Positions 51,438 to 60,915 of a stretch of 64,000 nucleotides of DNA are shown in pieces. The notes beneath the pieces were generated by a model, which was given only the letters and a program-made list of their open reading frames with translations, made no database searches and was not told where the DNA came from. Positions within the stretch are counted from its first letter, which is position 1, and every line of letters starts with the position of its first letter. The position numbers and the translations under genes were made by a program. Origin of the DNA: Candidatus Woesebacteria bacterium (GTDB taxonomy: Bacteria; Patescibacteriota; Saccharimonadia; Saccharimonadales; EFPC-124). Location of the stretch: assembly GCA_050115675.1 (NCBI GenBank), contig JASFQB010000001.1, forward strand, positions 96,616-160,615, written 5' to 3'.

Positions 51438-51624
51438 CGGTTTGCGGTTTTTGTGCCAATAACCATGCTTTAAGCTGTTGATGGTGCAAAGGCAGTAACC
51501 CCAAGAGTCTGTAGGTGGCACGTTACGCATAGCGTGTCACCTACGCGCATTGCAACAAAGGACTTTTCAAAGTCCACTTTTTTTGTTATAATTTACATCT
51601 GTTAGGCTATGCTCGTAGCTATAT

Positions 51625-51700
51625 GGCCCCTTCGTCTAGTGGTTAGGACATCAGGTTTTCATCCTGAAGATCGCGGGTTCGAGTCCCGCAGGGGTCACCA
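51625..51700 (+). tRNA. tRNA-Glu (anticodon TTC at 51658-51660).
   Basis: Acceptor GGCCCCT/AGGGGTC, anticodon stem tcagg/cctga with loop ttttcat, T-arm GCGGGTTCGAGTCCCGC, encoded CCA. Confidence 0.85.
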
Positions 51701-53249
51701 TAAGAGAATTTTTTGCTTCCAGTAATTGGAAGACCGGCGACACCCCTGTAAAAAGGGGTGTTTTTTGATTTCGACCAACCAAATCTGCATAGGTTGGTAA
51801 TGTACGGAAAATCAGGCCGAAAAACTGGGCTTTTTTGACCGGGTCAATCTGTTTTACGACCAGTTCATCCAAGTTTTCGACGAAATATTTTACGCGGGCA
51901 ATTACCCGGTCTATACTCATTGGCTTCTTAGCTTCCATCTTCATCCTTTCGAGTGACAGCTGCTTAATTTGTTTATCTACGTCCTCTAGCTCTTCATTTA
52001 GGTGCTGCTGAGCCGAAGGGGCGATTGTAGCGAAGTTTTTGGCCATGCTGCGAGCCTGCTGCGTAAGGTCATTGATCTTACTGTCGATTACGGCGATTTG
52101 CGCATCATGATATGCCACACGCTTTTCATAAGCATCTTTAATGGCAACGAACAGCGTGTCGATGTCTTGCTGCGAAAATTCCAAACCGCCAACAAATTCT
52201 AGCACGCGCATTTCGAGCTCTTCTTTTTTAACGCGGAACTTATGTTCGCGCTTGTCGCAGTGGTAATACGAATAGTAATTGCCGGTTTTGCCGCGAGAGG
52301 CACTGCCAAGCAGTGGCTTGTTGCATTCCGGGCACATTACAAAATTCTTGAATGCAAAGTCCGAGTGGCGCGTGCCTTTTGGCGTGGCATTTTCCGGCGC
52401 TACATTATCCGTAATCGCAATCTTGTTGTTGGGCATTTCTATAATTACTCGCTTGCCCTTGTTGGCGCGGTTGAATAGGTCGATTGAAACAATCCCATCA
52501 AACATACATTTAACCGGCTGGCCTTGTGTCCATTTCTCGACATTTATGCCTGCATAGATTGGATTGCGTACCATTTTCCAGAGCTTCTTTTCGTCCAGCA
52601 GGGCTGGCTCGGTTCGCCTAACAATGCGCGACCTGTCGTCTTTTGCGCGGCGTAGCTGCGGCCGTCCGCGATAACCCATATCGTTCAACTTCTTGGCAAT
52701 CTCGCGGTCGCTAAATTGGCCGCTGGCACGAAGTTCAAATAGCGCAACAATGTATTTAGCTTCCTGCGGGTGCGGCTTTAATACCATACGCTTGCCGTGT
52801 TGTGTTTCTACTTTTTCGCTCACTAGGCCATACGGTGCGCGCCGCATCCAATAGCCCATTTGCGTGTAGCGGATTTCGGCACCAATGACGCGGCTCAAAA
52901 TATCTCGCACTTCGTCTTTTGACCGTTCGGCTTCCAGCATTTCCGATTTGCGGCTTGGTGAGTATTTGCTCCATTTGTATTCCTGCCCGAGGTGCGCCAG
53001 TGTGTTGACCTGCTCGTGGCTAATGACGCCATAGGTATCAACGAGCGTCACGCGGCATTCTTCTTTGCTGGCCGATTCCAAGAACACAAAGAACTTTTTG
53101 ATGGTGATTCCCCGGTTATCGGCGTAGCGTTCGATCTGCTCTTTTTGCGCTTCCGGCGAGTCGCCGTCGGTGCCTTGCTTGGTGGTCGAAACACGAATCG
53201 CGGCAACTGCATACTTACTATTTTGTGGCTGCATTTTCTCCCTCCTCAA
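51651..53249 (-). CDS. Large serine recombinase (phage-integrase type).
   Basis: N-terminal resolvase catalytic domain (AVAAIRVSTTKQ), recombinase domain, zinc ribbon (CPECNKPL...YYHCDKREHK) and a coiled-coil. The last ~16 codons overlap the 3' half of tRNA-Glu. Confidence 0.85.
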   Translation of the reverse strand: MRREKMQPQNSKYAVAAIRVSTTKQGTDGDSPEAQKEQIERYADNRGITIKKFFVFLESASKEECRVTLVDTYGVISHEQVNTLAHLGQEYKWSKYSPSRKSEMLEAERSKDEVRDILSRVIGAEIRYTQMGYWMRRAPYGLVSEKVETQHGKRMVLKPHPQEAKYIVALFELRASGQFSDREIAKKLNDMGYRGRPQLRRAKDDRSRIVRRTEPALLDEKKLWKMVRNPIYAGINVEKWTQGQPVKCMFDGIVSIDLFNRANKGKRVIIEMPNNKIAITDNVAPENATPKGTRHSDFAFKNFVMCPECNKPLLGSASRGKTGNYYSYYHCDKREHKFRVKKEELEMRVLEFVGGLEFSQQDIDTLFVAIKDAYEKRVAYHDAQIAVIDSKINDLTQQARSMAKNFATIAPSAQQHLNEELEDVDKQIKQLSLERMKMEAKKPMSIDRVIARVKYFVENLDELVVKQIDPVKKAQFFGLIFRTLPTYADLVGRNQKTPLFTGVSPVFQLLEAKNSLMVTPAGLEPAIFRMKT

Positions 53250-53383
53250 AGATCATGTCCAGTAGTATGTCGGCCAGAATTTCCAGCTTTTCACCATCTC
53301 CAAGACCGACAATCTCAGGTAATTCTGGCTGATTATTTTGTGACCCTCTTGCTGTGCTCATAGAAGTAAACTAGCTTTTATAG

Positions 53384-53399
53384 TTATAGTATACTATAA
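53384..53399. repeat. Perfect 16-bp palindrome TTATAGTATACTATAA in the AT-rich gap.
   Basis: Read directly from the sequence. Lies between the recombinase and the Replic_Relax gene. Confidence 0.6.
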
Positions 53400-53737
53400 C
53401 AAATAGAGATAGTTAAAGCGTTTTAGGGCACTATTTACACCCTTGCGGGCTAGGGTGTAAATGCAACTATTTCTAATCTGTTAGCGCTTGTTTTTCCGTG
53501 TTACCTATCTTATAAATATATGGGTAGGTGGGGTTGGTTGGAATTGTATGTGCCCATTATACCTGCATACTTAAAACTATACCAAGAACAAAAGCTAAGA
53601 CAGAGAAAATAAAGAACCTAAAGAAGAAAACTAATAACCATGCTTAAAGAACAACTAACTCTGAACCTACCTACTAATACCTATCTAAGAATACGCATAC
53701 TAACAAACTGACGAATAAACGTAAATGTAATCCGTAC

Positions 53738-54667
53738 ATGACGAAATTACCAAAACTAACCAGAAAACAAGGCGAAATACTAGAACTGCTCTACAGGTTC
53801 AGATTCCTAAACCGCATCCAGATACAAGCACTACTACTGCACAAAGACCCGAAAACCATTAACCTGTGGTTGCGTGATCTGCGCTCCAAAGGCTACGTCG
53901 AATGGATATACTCAACCCACTTCGCCGAGAAGACCAAACCAGCTGTCTACTACCTCGGACTAAACGGTGTACGATATCTGCGTACGCTTACTAGGGAGGA
54001 AGAAGTAACGGGCGACGATCCAGAGACCGACGAGGGCGGCGACCCTAAGCCTACACCAGCCTACCCGCCAGAAGAACTGCGCAAACGCTACAAAGAGCCA
54101 ACCCGCAGTCAAACCTATATTGACCGCTGCATCCTGATAGCAGACTGCGTACTTGCTCTAGACCAAGCGAGCTTTGACAACCGGATGCAAGGCAAAAGGC
54201 TCAGCTATTACATTCAGACAGAAGCAGACTACTTGCTTGAACGCAGCTACTACCATTTTGTACTGGATATTGACGACGAACTAATCCACCCGCACCTTTT
54301 GTTTTGCCAGGACAAAACAAACAAAGACGGCGAGGAAATAACCCTAGAAAGCTATATCCTGGAAGTATTTGATCCAACCCTGCCGCGCTACCGTATGAAA
54401 AAGCGCCTTGGTGATTACGTGAAGTTCCTGGATGACGAGGGTGACACGTGGAAAGAGCAGACGGATACCGACAAGCTGCCAGTTATCCTATTTGTCTACC
54501 CCCGAACAACTGACCTCATTTATGCGAAACGAAGAACACGAAAACTCGTTGCCGACGCGTGGTATTGGGAGGATGACGACACCGAAAGGCCACGGGTGCG
54601 GTTTACGACGATGGAGAAGTTGAAACAAAGCGGCTTGTTAGCGAAGGAGATTTGGGAGCAAGCCTGA
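53738..54667 (+). CDS. Replication-relaxation (Replic_Relax) family protein.
   Basis: N-terminal wHTH LTRKQGEILELLYRFRFLNRIQIQALL...LRDLRSKGYVE typical of PF13814. Confidence 0.55.
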   Translation: MTKLPKLTRKQGEILELLYRFRFLNRIQIQALLLHKDPKTINLWLRDLRSKGYVEWIYSTHFAEKTKPAVYYLGLNGVRYLRTLTREEEVTGDDPETDEGGDPKPTPAYPPEELRKRYKEPTRSQTYIDRCILIADCVLALDQASFDNRMQGKRLSYYIQTEADYLLERSYYHFVLDIDDELIHPHLLFCQDKTNKDGEEITLESYILEVFDPTLPRYRMKKRLGDYVKFLDDEGDTWKEQTDTDKLPVILFVYPRTTDLIYAKRRTRKLVADAWYWEDDDTERPRVRFTTMEKLKQSGLLAKEIWEQA

Positions 54668-54786
54668 CTGTCCGCCTCCGCGTCTTTTATCTGGCCGAGA
54701 GCTATTGTAACTACCCCCCCATCCTGTACAATAGAAACCATAAGCGTAGAATAGATATGAGTGTACGAAGGTAATAGAAAAACGGT

Positions 54787-56316
54787 ATGTCACGGCTTCC
54801 GCAACCTGGTGCAGATGATGGTGTTTGGGGTGATGTCCTCAACGACTTTTTAGGCGTATCCCACAATAGTGACGGTACGCTTAAAAGCAGTGCCCTGTCT
54901 TCCAAGGCAAATGACACAGCCACCGTACACAACACAGGCAATGAGTCCATAGCCGGAGTAAAGACCTTCACCTCCAGCCCTGTAGTTCCTACCCCCACAA
55001 CCAACACCCAAGCAGCTAACAAACAGTACGTAGACAATACAGTATCTGCCGGTGCGCCAGACGCCACTACGTCCGCACCAGGCCTAATACAACTAGCCGG
55101 TGACCTAGGCGGCAGCGGCACCATAGCAACTGCCCCTGTCATATCCGACAGCGCAGTAACAACCAGCAAGATAACCAACGGCGCCGTCACCACAGCCAAG
55201 CTGGCTACTGGCAGCGTAACTACCAACGAGATAGCCGACGGCACCATAACAGACACCGACATTAGTGCCACGGCCGCCATAGCCAAAACCAAACTGGCAA
55301 GCCTAAACATCACAGATAGTGATGTAAGCGCTATATCCGAAAGCAAAGTTACCAACCTGACAACCGACCTAGCAGGCAAAGAACCAACGATCACTGCCGG
55401 CACCACTGCTCAGTACTACCGTGGCGACAAATCGTGGCAAACCCTGGATAAAACAGCCGTAGACCTAGCCAATGTAGACAATACCAGCGATGCAAACAAA
55501 CCAGTTTCTACCGCCACCCAAACAGCCTTAGACGCCAAGCTGGACTACGCCACCGCCCCCACCGGCTACATTCGCGTGCCCGGCAACCCCAAGTTCGGTA
55601 CCACTGACTTCTATGTCATGAAGCACGAAGCCAAGAACGTCGGCGGCGTACCTACCTCCCAGGCAGCCAGTACGCCATGGGGCAGTATCTCCCAGGCCAG
55701 TGCCATAGACGCAGCTAGAAGCCTTGGCCCGGGCTACCACCTGATAACCGAGGCCGAATGGATGACCATTGCTTACAACGCCCTGTACGTAGGCAGCAAC
55801 TGGACCGGCGGCAGTGTTGGCTCAGGAGCGCTCTTCTCCGGCCATAACGACAACAACCCGGGCAACGCGCTTGACGCTGATACCAACGACGCCAACGGCT
55901 ACTACGGTACTGGCAACGTGAGCCCCAGCAACCAGCGCCGGACATTAACCCTCAGCAACGGAGAGGTCATCTGGGATCTAGCCGGTAACGTCTGGGAATG
56001 GACTGATGCCCAGATCATTGGCAGCGACCAGCCGACTGTTGCCAGCCCCGGTTTTGCCTGGCGCGAGTTTACCGCCATTACCAAGTGGGGAGCGCTGAAC
56101 TATGCCCTGCCTACGGGCAGAGGCTGGAACTCCAGCCAAGGCCTCGGCCAGATCTATTCCGACGGCACCAGCACCAATACGACGCTGTACGGCTTCATCC
56201 GCGGCGGCGGCTGGGGCCAAGGCAGCGACGCGGGCGCGTTTTCGCTCTACTTGAACCACACGCCGTCGTTCACGCACGCGGCCGTCGGGTTCCGGGTTGC
56301 CAGGAGTATTCTGTAA
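54787..56316 (+). CDS. DGR target protein: tail-fibre-like N-terminus with a C-terminal FGE-sulfatase / C-type-lectin-fold domain carrying the variable region.
   Basis: N-terminus paralogous to 11476..11994. C-terminus GYHLITEAEW..NVWEWT..RGGGWGQGSDAGAF..GFRVARSIL is an FGE/CLec fold. The last 118 bp match the TR with adenine-specific differences. Confidence 0.8.
   Translation: MSRLPQPGADDGVWGDVLNDFLGVSHNSDGTLKSSALSSKANDTATVHNTGNESIAGVKTFTSSPVVPTPTTNTQAANKQYVDNTVSAGAPDATTSAPGLIQLAGDLGGSGTIATAPVISDSAVTTSKITNGAVTTAKLATGSVTTNEIADGTITDTDISATAAIAKTKLASLNITDSDVSAISESKVTNLTTDLAGKEPTITAGTTAQYYRGDKSWQTLDKTAVDLANVDNTSDANKPVSTATQTALDAKLDYATAPTGYIRVPGNPKFGTTDFYVMKHEAKNVGGVPTSQAASTPWGSISQASAIDAARSLGPGYHLITEAEWMTIAYNALYVGSNWTGGSVGSGALFSGHNDNNPGNALDADTNDANGYYGTGNVSPSNQRRTLTLSNGEVIWDLAGNVWEWTDAQIIGSDQPTVASPGFAWREFTAITKWGALNYALPTGRGWNSSQGLGQIYSDGTSTNTTLYGFIRGGGWGQGSDAGAFSLYLNHTPSFTHAAVGFRVARSIL
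56189..56306 (+). repeat. DGR variable region (VR).
   Basis: 118-bp alignment to 57463..57580 shows 19 mismatches, of which 16 fall at TR adenines. Confidence 0.8.
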
Positions 56317-56345
56317 TCTATGCCGCGAATAAGGGGAAGAGTATC

Positions 56346-57360
56346 ATGACGAAACAAATGTCTGAGAGCATGCATCTTCAGCGCGCGGAGCGCGCATCCT
56401 CGTTGTTCGACCAAGTTGCCAGCTTTGAAAACCTCTACGCCGCGTACCAGGCGGCGGCCCGCGGCAAGCACGACCGGGTCGCTACGCTACGCCACGATTT
56501 GCATGCCGAAAAGATTTTGTGGCGGTTACGCTGGGAGCTACTGAATGGCCGGTACCGCCACGGCAAGTACCGGCGGTTTACGATTGTCGAGCCCAAGGCG
56601 AGGGATGTTAGCGCCGCACCGTTTACCGACCGCATCGTTCACCATGCGGTTGTCCAAGTGGTAGAACCGCTATTTGAGCGCGGCTTTATATATGACAGCT
56701 ATGCTTGCCGCCGCAGGAAAGGCACGCACCAGGCGGCTTTGCGGTTGCAGCATTTTCTGCGCTCTGCATCAACATCTATTGGTCATACAGGACGGTTGTA
56801 TGTGCTTCGTGCCGATATCCGGAAGTTTTTTGCCCGTATTGACCACGACGTGCTCAAGGATATATTGCGCCGCAAGCTCCCCGATGCCCGATTGCGGGAG
56901 CTATTGGGCCTGATTATTGATTCATTCTCCGAGATTGTGCCGCAAACGCCGCAGGCGGAATCCTCTCTCTCGATCTGAACGCGGCTTGCCGATAGACAAC
57001 CTTACCTCGCAGCTTCTTGCTAACTTGTACCTCAACGAGCTCGACCAGTTCGCAAAGCATACATTGCGATCACGCTATTACATACGGTATATGGATGATT
57101 TTATTATCCTGCACCCGGACAAAAGGTATCTTCGAGAGGTGTTGGCATCTTTACACCAGTATGTTAACCAAAATTTGCGGCTTGAGTTACATTTCAAGAA
57201 GACCAATATTCATCCATTTTGTGACTACGAGCGTTTTGTGGGTTACGAACTAGGCTTGTATCACCGGCGGCTGGCCAGGCCGACAGTACAGCGTTTTCGG
57301 CGGCGGTATAAGAGGCTGCAACTCCGCGACCCCGCTGCCGCCGATGACAGTTTGGCTTAG
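56346..57360 (+). CDS. DGR reverse transcriptase. Its frame is broken near 56961-56978 (frame 0 -> frame +1) at a (TC)4 tract.
   Basis: RT motifs EPKARDVSAAPFTDRIVHHA, DGR-specific LPIDNLTSQ (I/LGxxxSQ), YMDDFIIL. RBS aagggga upstream. The first part ends at TGA 56976-78 and the RT continues in the 56917..57360 frame. Confidence 0.8.
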
Positions 57361-57462
57361 TTTACCGCTTACGCCCATTTTGCCCATGCCGATGGATTAC
57401 TGCGGACGTTTCGGACCAGAGAGGGCCGACCATAGATATGCACAAGAAAGAGATAAATAACC

Positions 57463-57580
57463 ACGGTTTCATCCGCGGCGGCAACTGGAACAACGGCAGC
57501 AACGCGGGTGCGTTTACGCTCAACTTGAACAACACGCCGTCGAACACGAACACGAACATCGGGTTCCGGGTTGCCAGGAG
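57463..57580 (+). repeat. DGR template repeat (TR), AAC-codon-rich.
   Basis: TR reads ...aac tgg aac aac ggc agc aac..aac ttg aac aac..aac acg aac acg aac atc ggg ttc cgg gtt gcc agg ag. VR differs almost only where TR has A. Confidence 0.8.
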
Positions 57581-57780
57581 CTTGGCTCCAAGGCCTGTAA
57601 GGGCCGGCAGGGGTGCTACCTTGGTTACGGCCGGTAGCAGCGTGCTTTCAAAGATCTCCCGTTTGCCTCTGTCCTGGCCGGTGCGTTTATGCTGCGGCCG
57701 AATACGAACGGGCCAGCCGTGGCGGTATTATGCCGATTCTGTTGGCCCGGCCCTTCGGGGTACGGTGCGGGCTGGGTGTC

Positions 57781-58122
57781 ATGGATGACCTGATCGTATT
57801 CCGCAAGATGTACGAATACCTATCCTGGTTACGGCCCAGCGTTGAACGCTTCGCGCGGATGCACCGTTACGGTCTAGGGAACGAGATGGAGCAGTCAGCG
57901 CTGACGGTACTTCGTCACATAGTTAGTGCGAACTTTGCTGCGGACAAGCTGCCTGCCATCGGGCGGGCTTTAGTGGAACTTGAGGTCTTGCGGATATATC
58001 AGCGCCTTACTTATGATTACAAGTTGCTTAGTGGCCGCCAGTTTACTCATGCGAGTGCGCTGCTTGATGAAATAGGGCGGCTACTGCGGGGTTGGCATAA
58101 AAGCTATCGCGGTCCTCGCTAG
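57781..58122 (+). CDS. avd: Accessory variability determinant (Avd), a four-helix-bundle protein.
   Basis: 114 aa. Pattern MDDLIVFRKMYEYLSWLRPSVERFAR...LVELEVLRIY...ALLDEIGRLLRGW closely mirrors Bordetella phage bAvd (LIVERYERVISYLYPIAQSIPRKHG...AEVGRILGSW). Confidence 0.75.
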   Translation: MDDLIVFRKMYEYLSWLRPSVERFARMHRYGLGNEMEQSALTVLRHIVSANFAADKLPAIGRALVELEVLRIYQRLTYDYKLLSGRQFTHASALLDEIGRLLRGWHKSYRGPR

Positions 58123-58180
58123 AGGTGTCGCCCGGGCGGCTCATGCGCATATATTGGTAATAGGGTATAATAATTCTGAT

Positions 58181-58399
58181 ATGAATACGCGGATTGGCAA
58201 AGTTATCGGTGCGAACTTGCAAAAGACTCGTAAAGAGCTGCACCTCACTCAAGAAGAAGCCGCCAAAAAAGTTGGCTTGACAACCAATTACTATGCAATG
58301 TTGGAACGCGGCGAGGCTACAGCGTCAATCGAGACCTACTACGCAATATTTTCCATGCTAGGCGTCAAGGCGTCGGATATTCTGCCCGAGCGCGCCTAG
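58181..58399 (+). CDS. XRE-family helix-turn-helix transcriptional regulator.
   Basis: HTH_3 pattern LTQEEAAKKVGLTTNYYAMLERGE. A -10-like tataat lies at 58166-58171. Confidence 0.7.
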   Translation: MNTRIGKVIGANLQKTRKELHLTQEEAAKKVGLTTNYYAMLERGEATASIETYYAIFSMLGVKASDILPERA

Positions 58400-58605
58400 T
58401 TCTTGCTTTTTTTCTTCTCATCCAACGATTTTTTAAGCTTCTCGGCTAGCCCCTCATCGGCACGCGCTAGCTCATTGCCAAAGCCCTCTATCGAATCAAG
58501 ATACTGGATGGCATATTCCCGATTGGTATTCTTGGGGTCATAAACCTGCAAATACCGGAGTATCTTTTGGATATCTTCTTCGTTTTTGTGGTATTCGTCG
58601 TACAT
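58396..58605 (-). CDS. Hypothetical small acidic protein.
   Basis: ORF only. Confidence 0.3.
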   Translation of the reverse strand: MYDEYHKNEEDIQKILRYLQVYDPKNTNREYAIQYLDSIEGFGNELARADEGLAEKLKKSLDEKKKSKN

Positions 58606-58815
58606 ATATGCTCCAGTATATCATTCGAGCTAGACTAACAGATTATCGATTCCTATAAACCGTACCATCTGCCATGCGCGCGGCGTAGTGTAAGCCCCCC
58701 CAATACACTAAACACACACCGGAAGTAAAATCCTGCTAAAAAGATCTAACTAAAAAAGGTGTAAAATAAGTAACATTGTGGTTAGCATTGCCACGCAAAC
58801 AGGGAGTATTTACAT

Positions 58816-59946
58816 ATGGCCAAACCCATAGATCCTCAGCTAAAACAAGAAATAATGACTGCCGTCTCCAGCGGTATGACCCAACTGGAAGCCAGTCGCC
58901 TCTATGGCGTCAGCTCCAAGACCATTAGCACTTGGTGTCGTCAGGATGTGATTGGTAGTGATAAAAATTATATAGCTCAAATTAACAAACTCAAACGAGA
59001 GTTGGACAACGCCTACCGTGTCATTGGTAAGCTGTCAGCTCATACTGACCGCCCAAAAGGCTAGCCGGCCCTGGAGGAGGTCGAACCGGGCTTTAAGCGG
59101 CAAATGGCTAGCGCTGTGGGTATTGGCCGCACCAGCTTGTACAGTCATTCTACAGTTCAATCCAGCAAAGACCTTCAAGCAATCCGGGAATTGCAAGTCG
59201 CTCATAACCAACATCCGCTATACGGCGTTCGTAGGCTCGCACTGCACATGGGCTGGAGCGAAAACAAGACCCGGCGGATTCGTCGCCGTGCCGGCGTGGT
59301 AGCGGTCAGGCCACGCAAAAAGTACCGTGGTTACGGTGGCAAACCTGAGATTGCTACACCCGGTAACCATCTGCACGTCTATGCCCTGTTCAAGGACGGT
59401 TCCAATCCGCAAAAAGGCATGGATCACAGTCTCATGACCCAAGAAGCCAATGCATGGACGCAAGATTTTACATATTTACGTATTCGCTCAGGCATGTTTT
59501 ATCTGGCGTTGGTCATGGATCTTACGACCCGTAAAATCCTGAGCTGGAAGCTTGGCACTAACCATAGTGCCAGTCTGACACATATAGCGCTCATCCAAGC
59601 GCTTAGAAACAACCCCGGTCCATCGATTCTACATAGTGATCGCGGTAGTGAATATCTTAGTGAGCGCCATCAATCTACCTGTGTTAGGTTTGGCATCCGG
59701 CTCAGCGCAAGCAAACCGGGATCGCCCTGGCAAAATGGCTACATGGAACGATGCATTAAAAGTATTAAGGAAGAGCTCGGTAACCTCGCTGCTTACCGGA
59801 ACATTGACGAGTTGTATTTTGGCGTTGCCAGCGCAATTGCCTATTACAACAACGACCGTATTCACTTGGCTCTCAAAACCACACCGACGGCTTACGCCGC
59901 CGGTTTACGGAGTCGAGACGGGGTGTTCGGGGAAAAGGGAACTTGA
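58816..59946 (+). mobile_element. IS3-family insertion sequence. OrfA (HTH, 58816..59064) and OrfB (DDE rve integrase, 59104..59946) are in the same frame, separated only by TAG at 59062-59064.
   Basis: OrfA HTH (MTQLEASRLYGVSSKTISTW) with a leucine zipper. OrfB DDE core (D in VMDLTTRK, D in HSDRGSEY, E in GYMERC). The frame arithmetic (59104-58816=288) shows a single in-frame stop rather than a -1 frameshift. Confidence 0.75.
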
Positions 59947-60396
59947 CATAGACTCAATGCGCCGCATCACTTCGCAACTGTCGTTTTGTGACAAAATGTT
60001 GAGCGAGCCTTCGTACAGTATATTCCGGTCAAGAATAGCAACTTTGCGGTGATGATTGCCGGTATATAGAACCTGCACGCCCATGTGTTGCAGCTTAGAT
60101 ATCGCCTCGTGGGCGTCATCTTGCCATCGACCTTCGTCGTGAGTGCGGGGATCGCGGGTATTGATAGCTATGCGCACCCTGCGGGATTTTAGCTTCTCTA
60201 ATGTCGGCAGTAACGTCTTGAGCCGACGATTTGTTATAAACGGGCACTCAATAACAACCTCGCTATGGCAACTCGCCAGGTCTTTCATAAAAGCCGGGTA
60301 AAAAGTATCTTGATCGTAGAGCTTTGAGCTAAGCAGATCAGCCGGAGCCGCCGAACGGTTGAATAGCCTAAACATGGTTAATCTCCTTGTCAGCAA
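59905..60396 (-). CDS. PLD-superfamily HKD nuclease-like protein (single HKD motif, Nuc-like).
   Basis: HxK(x)4D(x)6GSxN motif in NHHRKVAILDRNILYEGSLNI. The 3' end overlaps the IS3 right end. Confidence 0.6.
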   Translation of the reverse strand: MLTRRLTMFRLFNRSAAPADLLSSKLYDQDTFYPAFMKDLASCHSEVVIECPFITNRRLKTLLPTLEKLKSRRVRIAINTRDPRTHDEGRWQDDAHEAISKLQHMGVQVLYTGNHHRKVAILDRNILYEGSLNILSQNDSCEVMRRIESMSSSLFPEHPVSTP

Positions 60397-60410
60397 GCAT
60401 CACGCCCAAG

Positions 60411-60545
60411 GCTTTCAACCGAGGCTCAAGATACTCCAACTCCTCTAAAAAGGTTTCGACCCTACTCGTTCTTGGGCTCACCATAAAATTATTCCATATA
60501 TAAAAAGAGTTCGACGATTTATTCTGCCGGGCTCTTTTTGTATTG
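60411..60545 (-). repeat. Repeat copy A (novel ~135-bp element): conserved small ORF (MVSPRTSRVETFLEELEYLEPRLKALGV..., ATG at 60484-60482) with an upstream hairpin and AT-rich box.
   Basis: About 75-80% nucleotide identity to 61291..61425 and 63038..63126. The minus-strand frame is open and conserved in all three copies. Confidence 0.6.
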
Positions 60546-60644
60546 CTATCTCTGTTATTTTGAGTTCGATTCTCTTTTGGTACCATTAGTCGGCATCATG
60601 AAAAATTATTGACATAAATACTTCGTGTATATACAATTGTAGAT

Positions 60645-60908
60645 ATGAATACGTATACAGCCACCGTTATCAAGACAGGAAATTCATATGCATTGCGCGT
60701 ACCTAAAAAGTATGTTGAAGACGCGCAGTTAAAGTCGGGGCAGAAAACTTCTATTGCCTTACCTTTGCCCGAGCCGACTCAAAATCGTGAGAAAATACAA
60801 AACATTCTTCGCCAGTTGCAAGAGGCTGGTGCATATAAAGATGTCACCGATCCCGTGGCATGGCAGCGCGAGATACGTAAAGATCGCCCACTGCCCGGAA
60901 GAGGATAG
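60645..60908 (+). CDS. vapB: AbrB/MazE-fold antitoxin (VapB-like).
   Basis: Swapped-hairpin motif VIKTGNSYALRVPKKYVE. Lies immediately upstream of a PIN toxin. Confidence 0.7.
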   Translation: MNTYTATVIKTGNSYALRVPKKYVEDAQLKSGQKTSIALPLPEPTQNREKIQNILRQLQEAGAYKDVTDPVAWQREIRKDRPLPGRG

Positions 60909-60915
60909 GCTAGTC

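Noticed and set aside
54711-55406. 231-aa minus-strand ORF and other long antisense ORFs inside the DGR target gene (55528-56277).
   Set aside because: They lie antisense to a gene with strong homology support in a high-GC region, where stop-poor antisense frames are expected. No RBS or homology.
57438-57788. 116-aa ORF (MHKKEINNHGFIRGGNWNNGSNAGAF...) as a protein-coding gene.
   Set aside because: It is the DGR template repeat read in frame, an AAC-rich copy of the target C-terminus. TR regions are non-coding templates.
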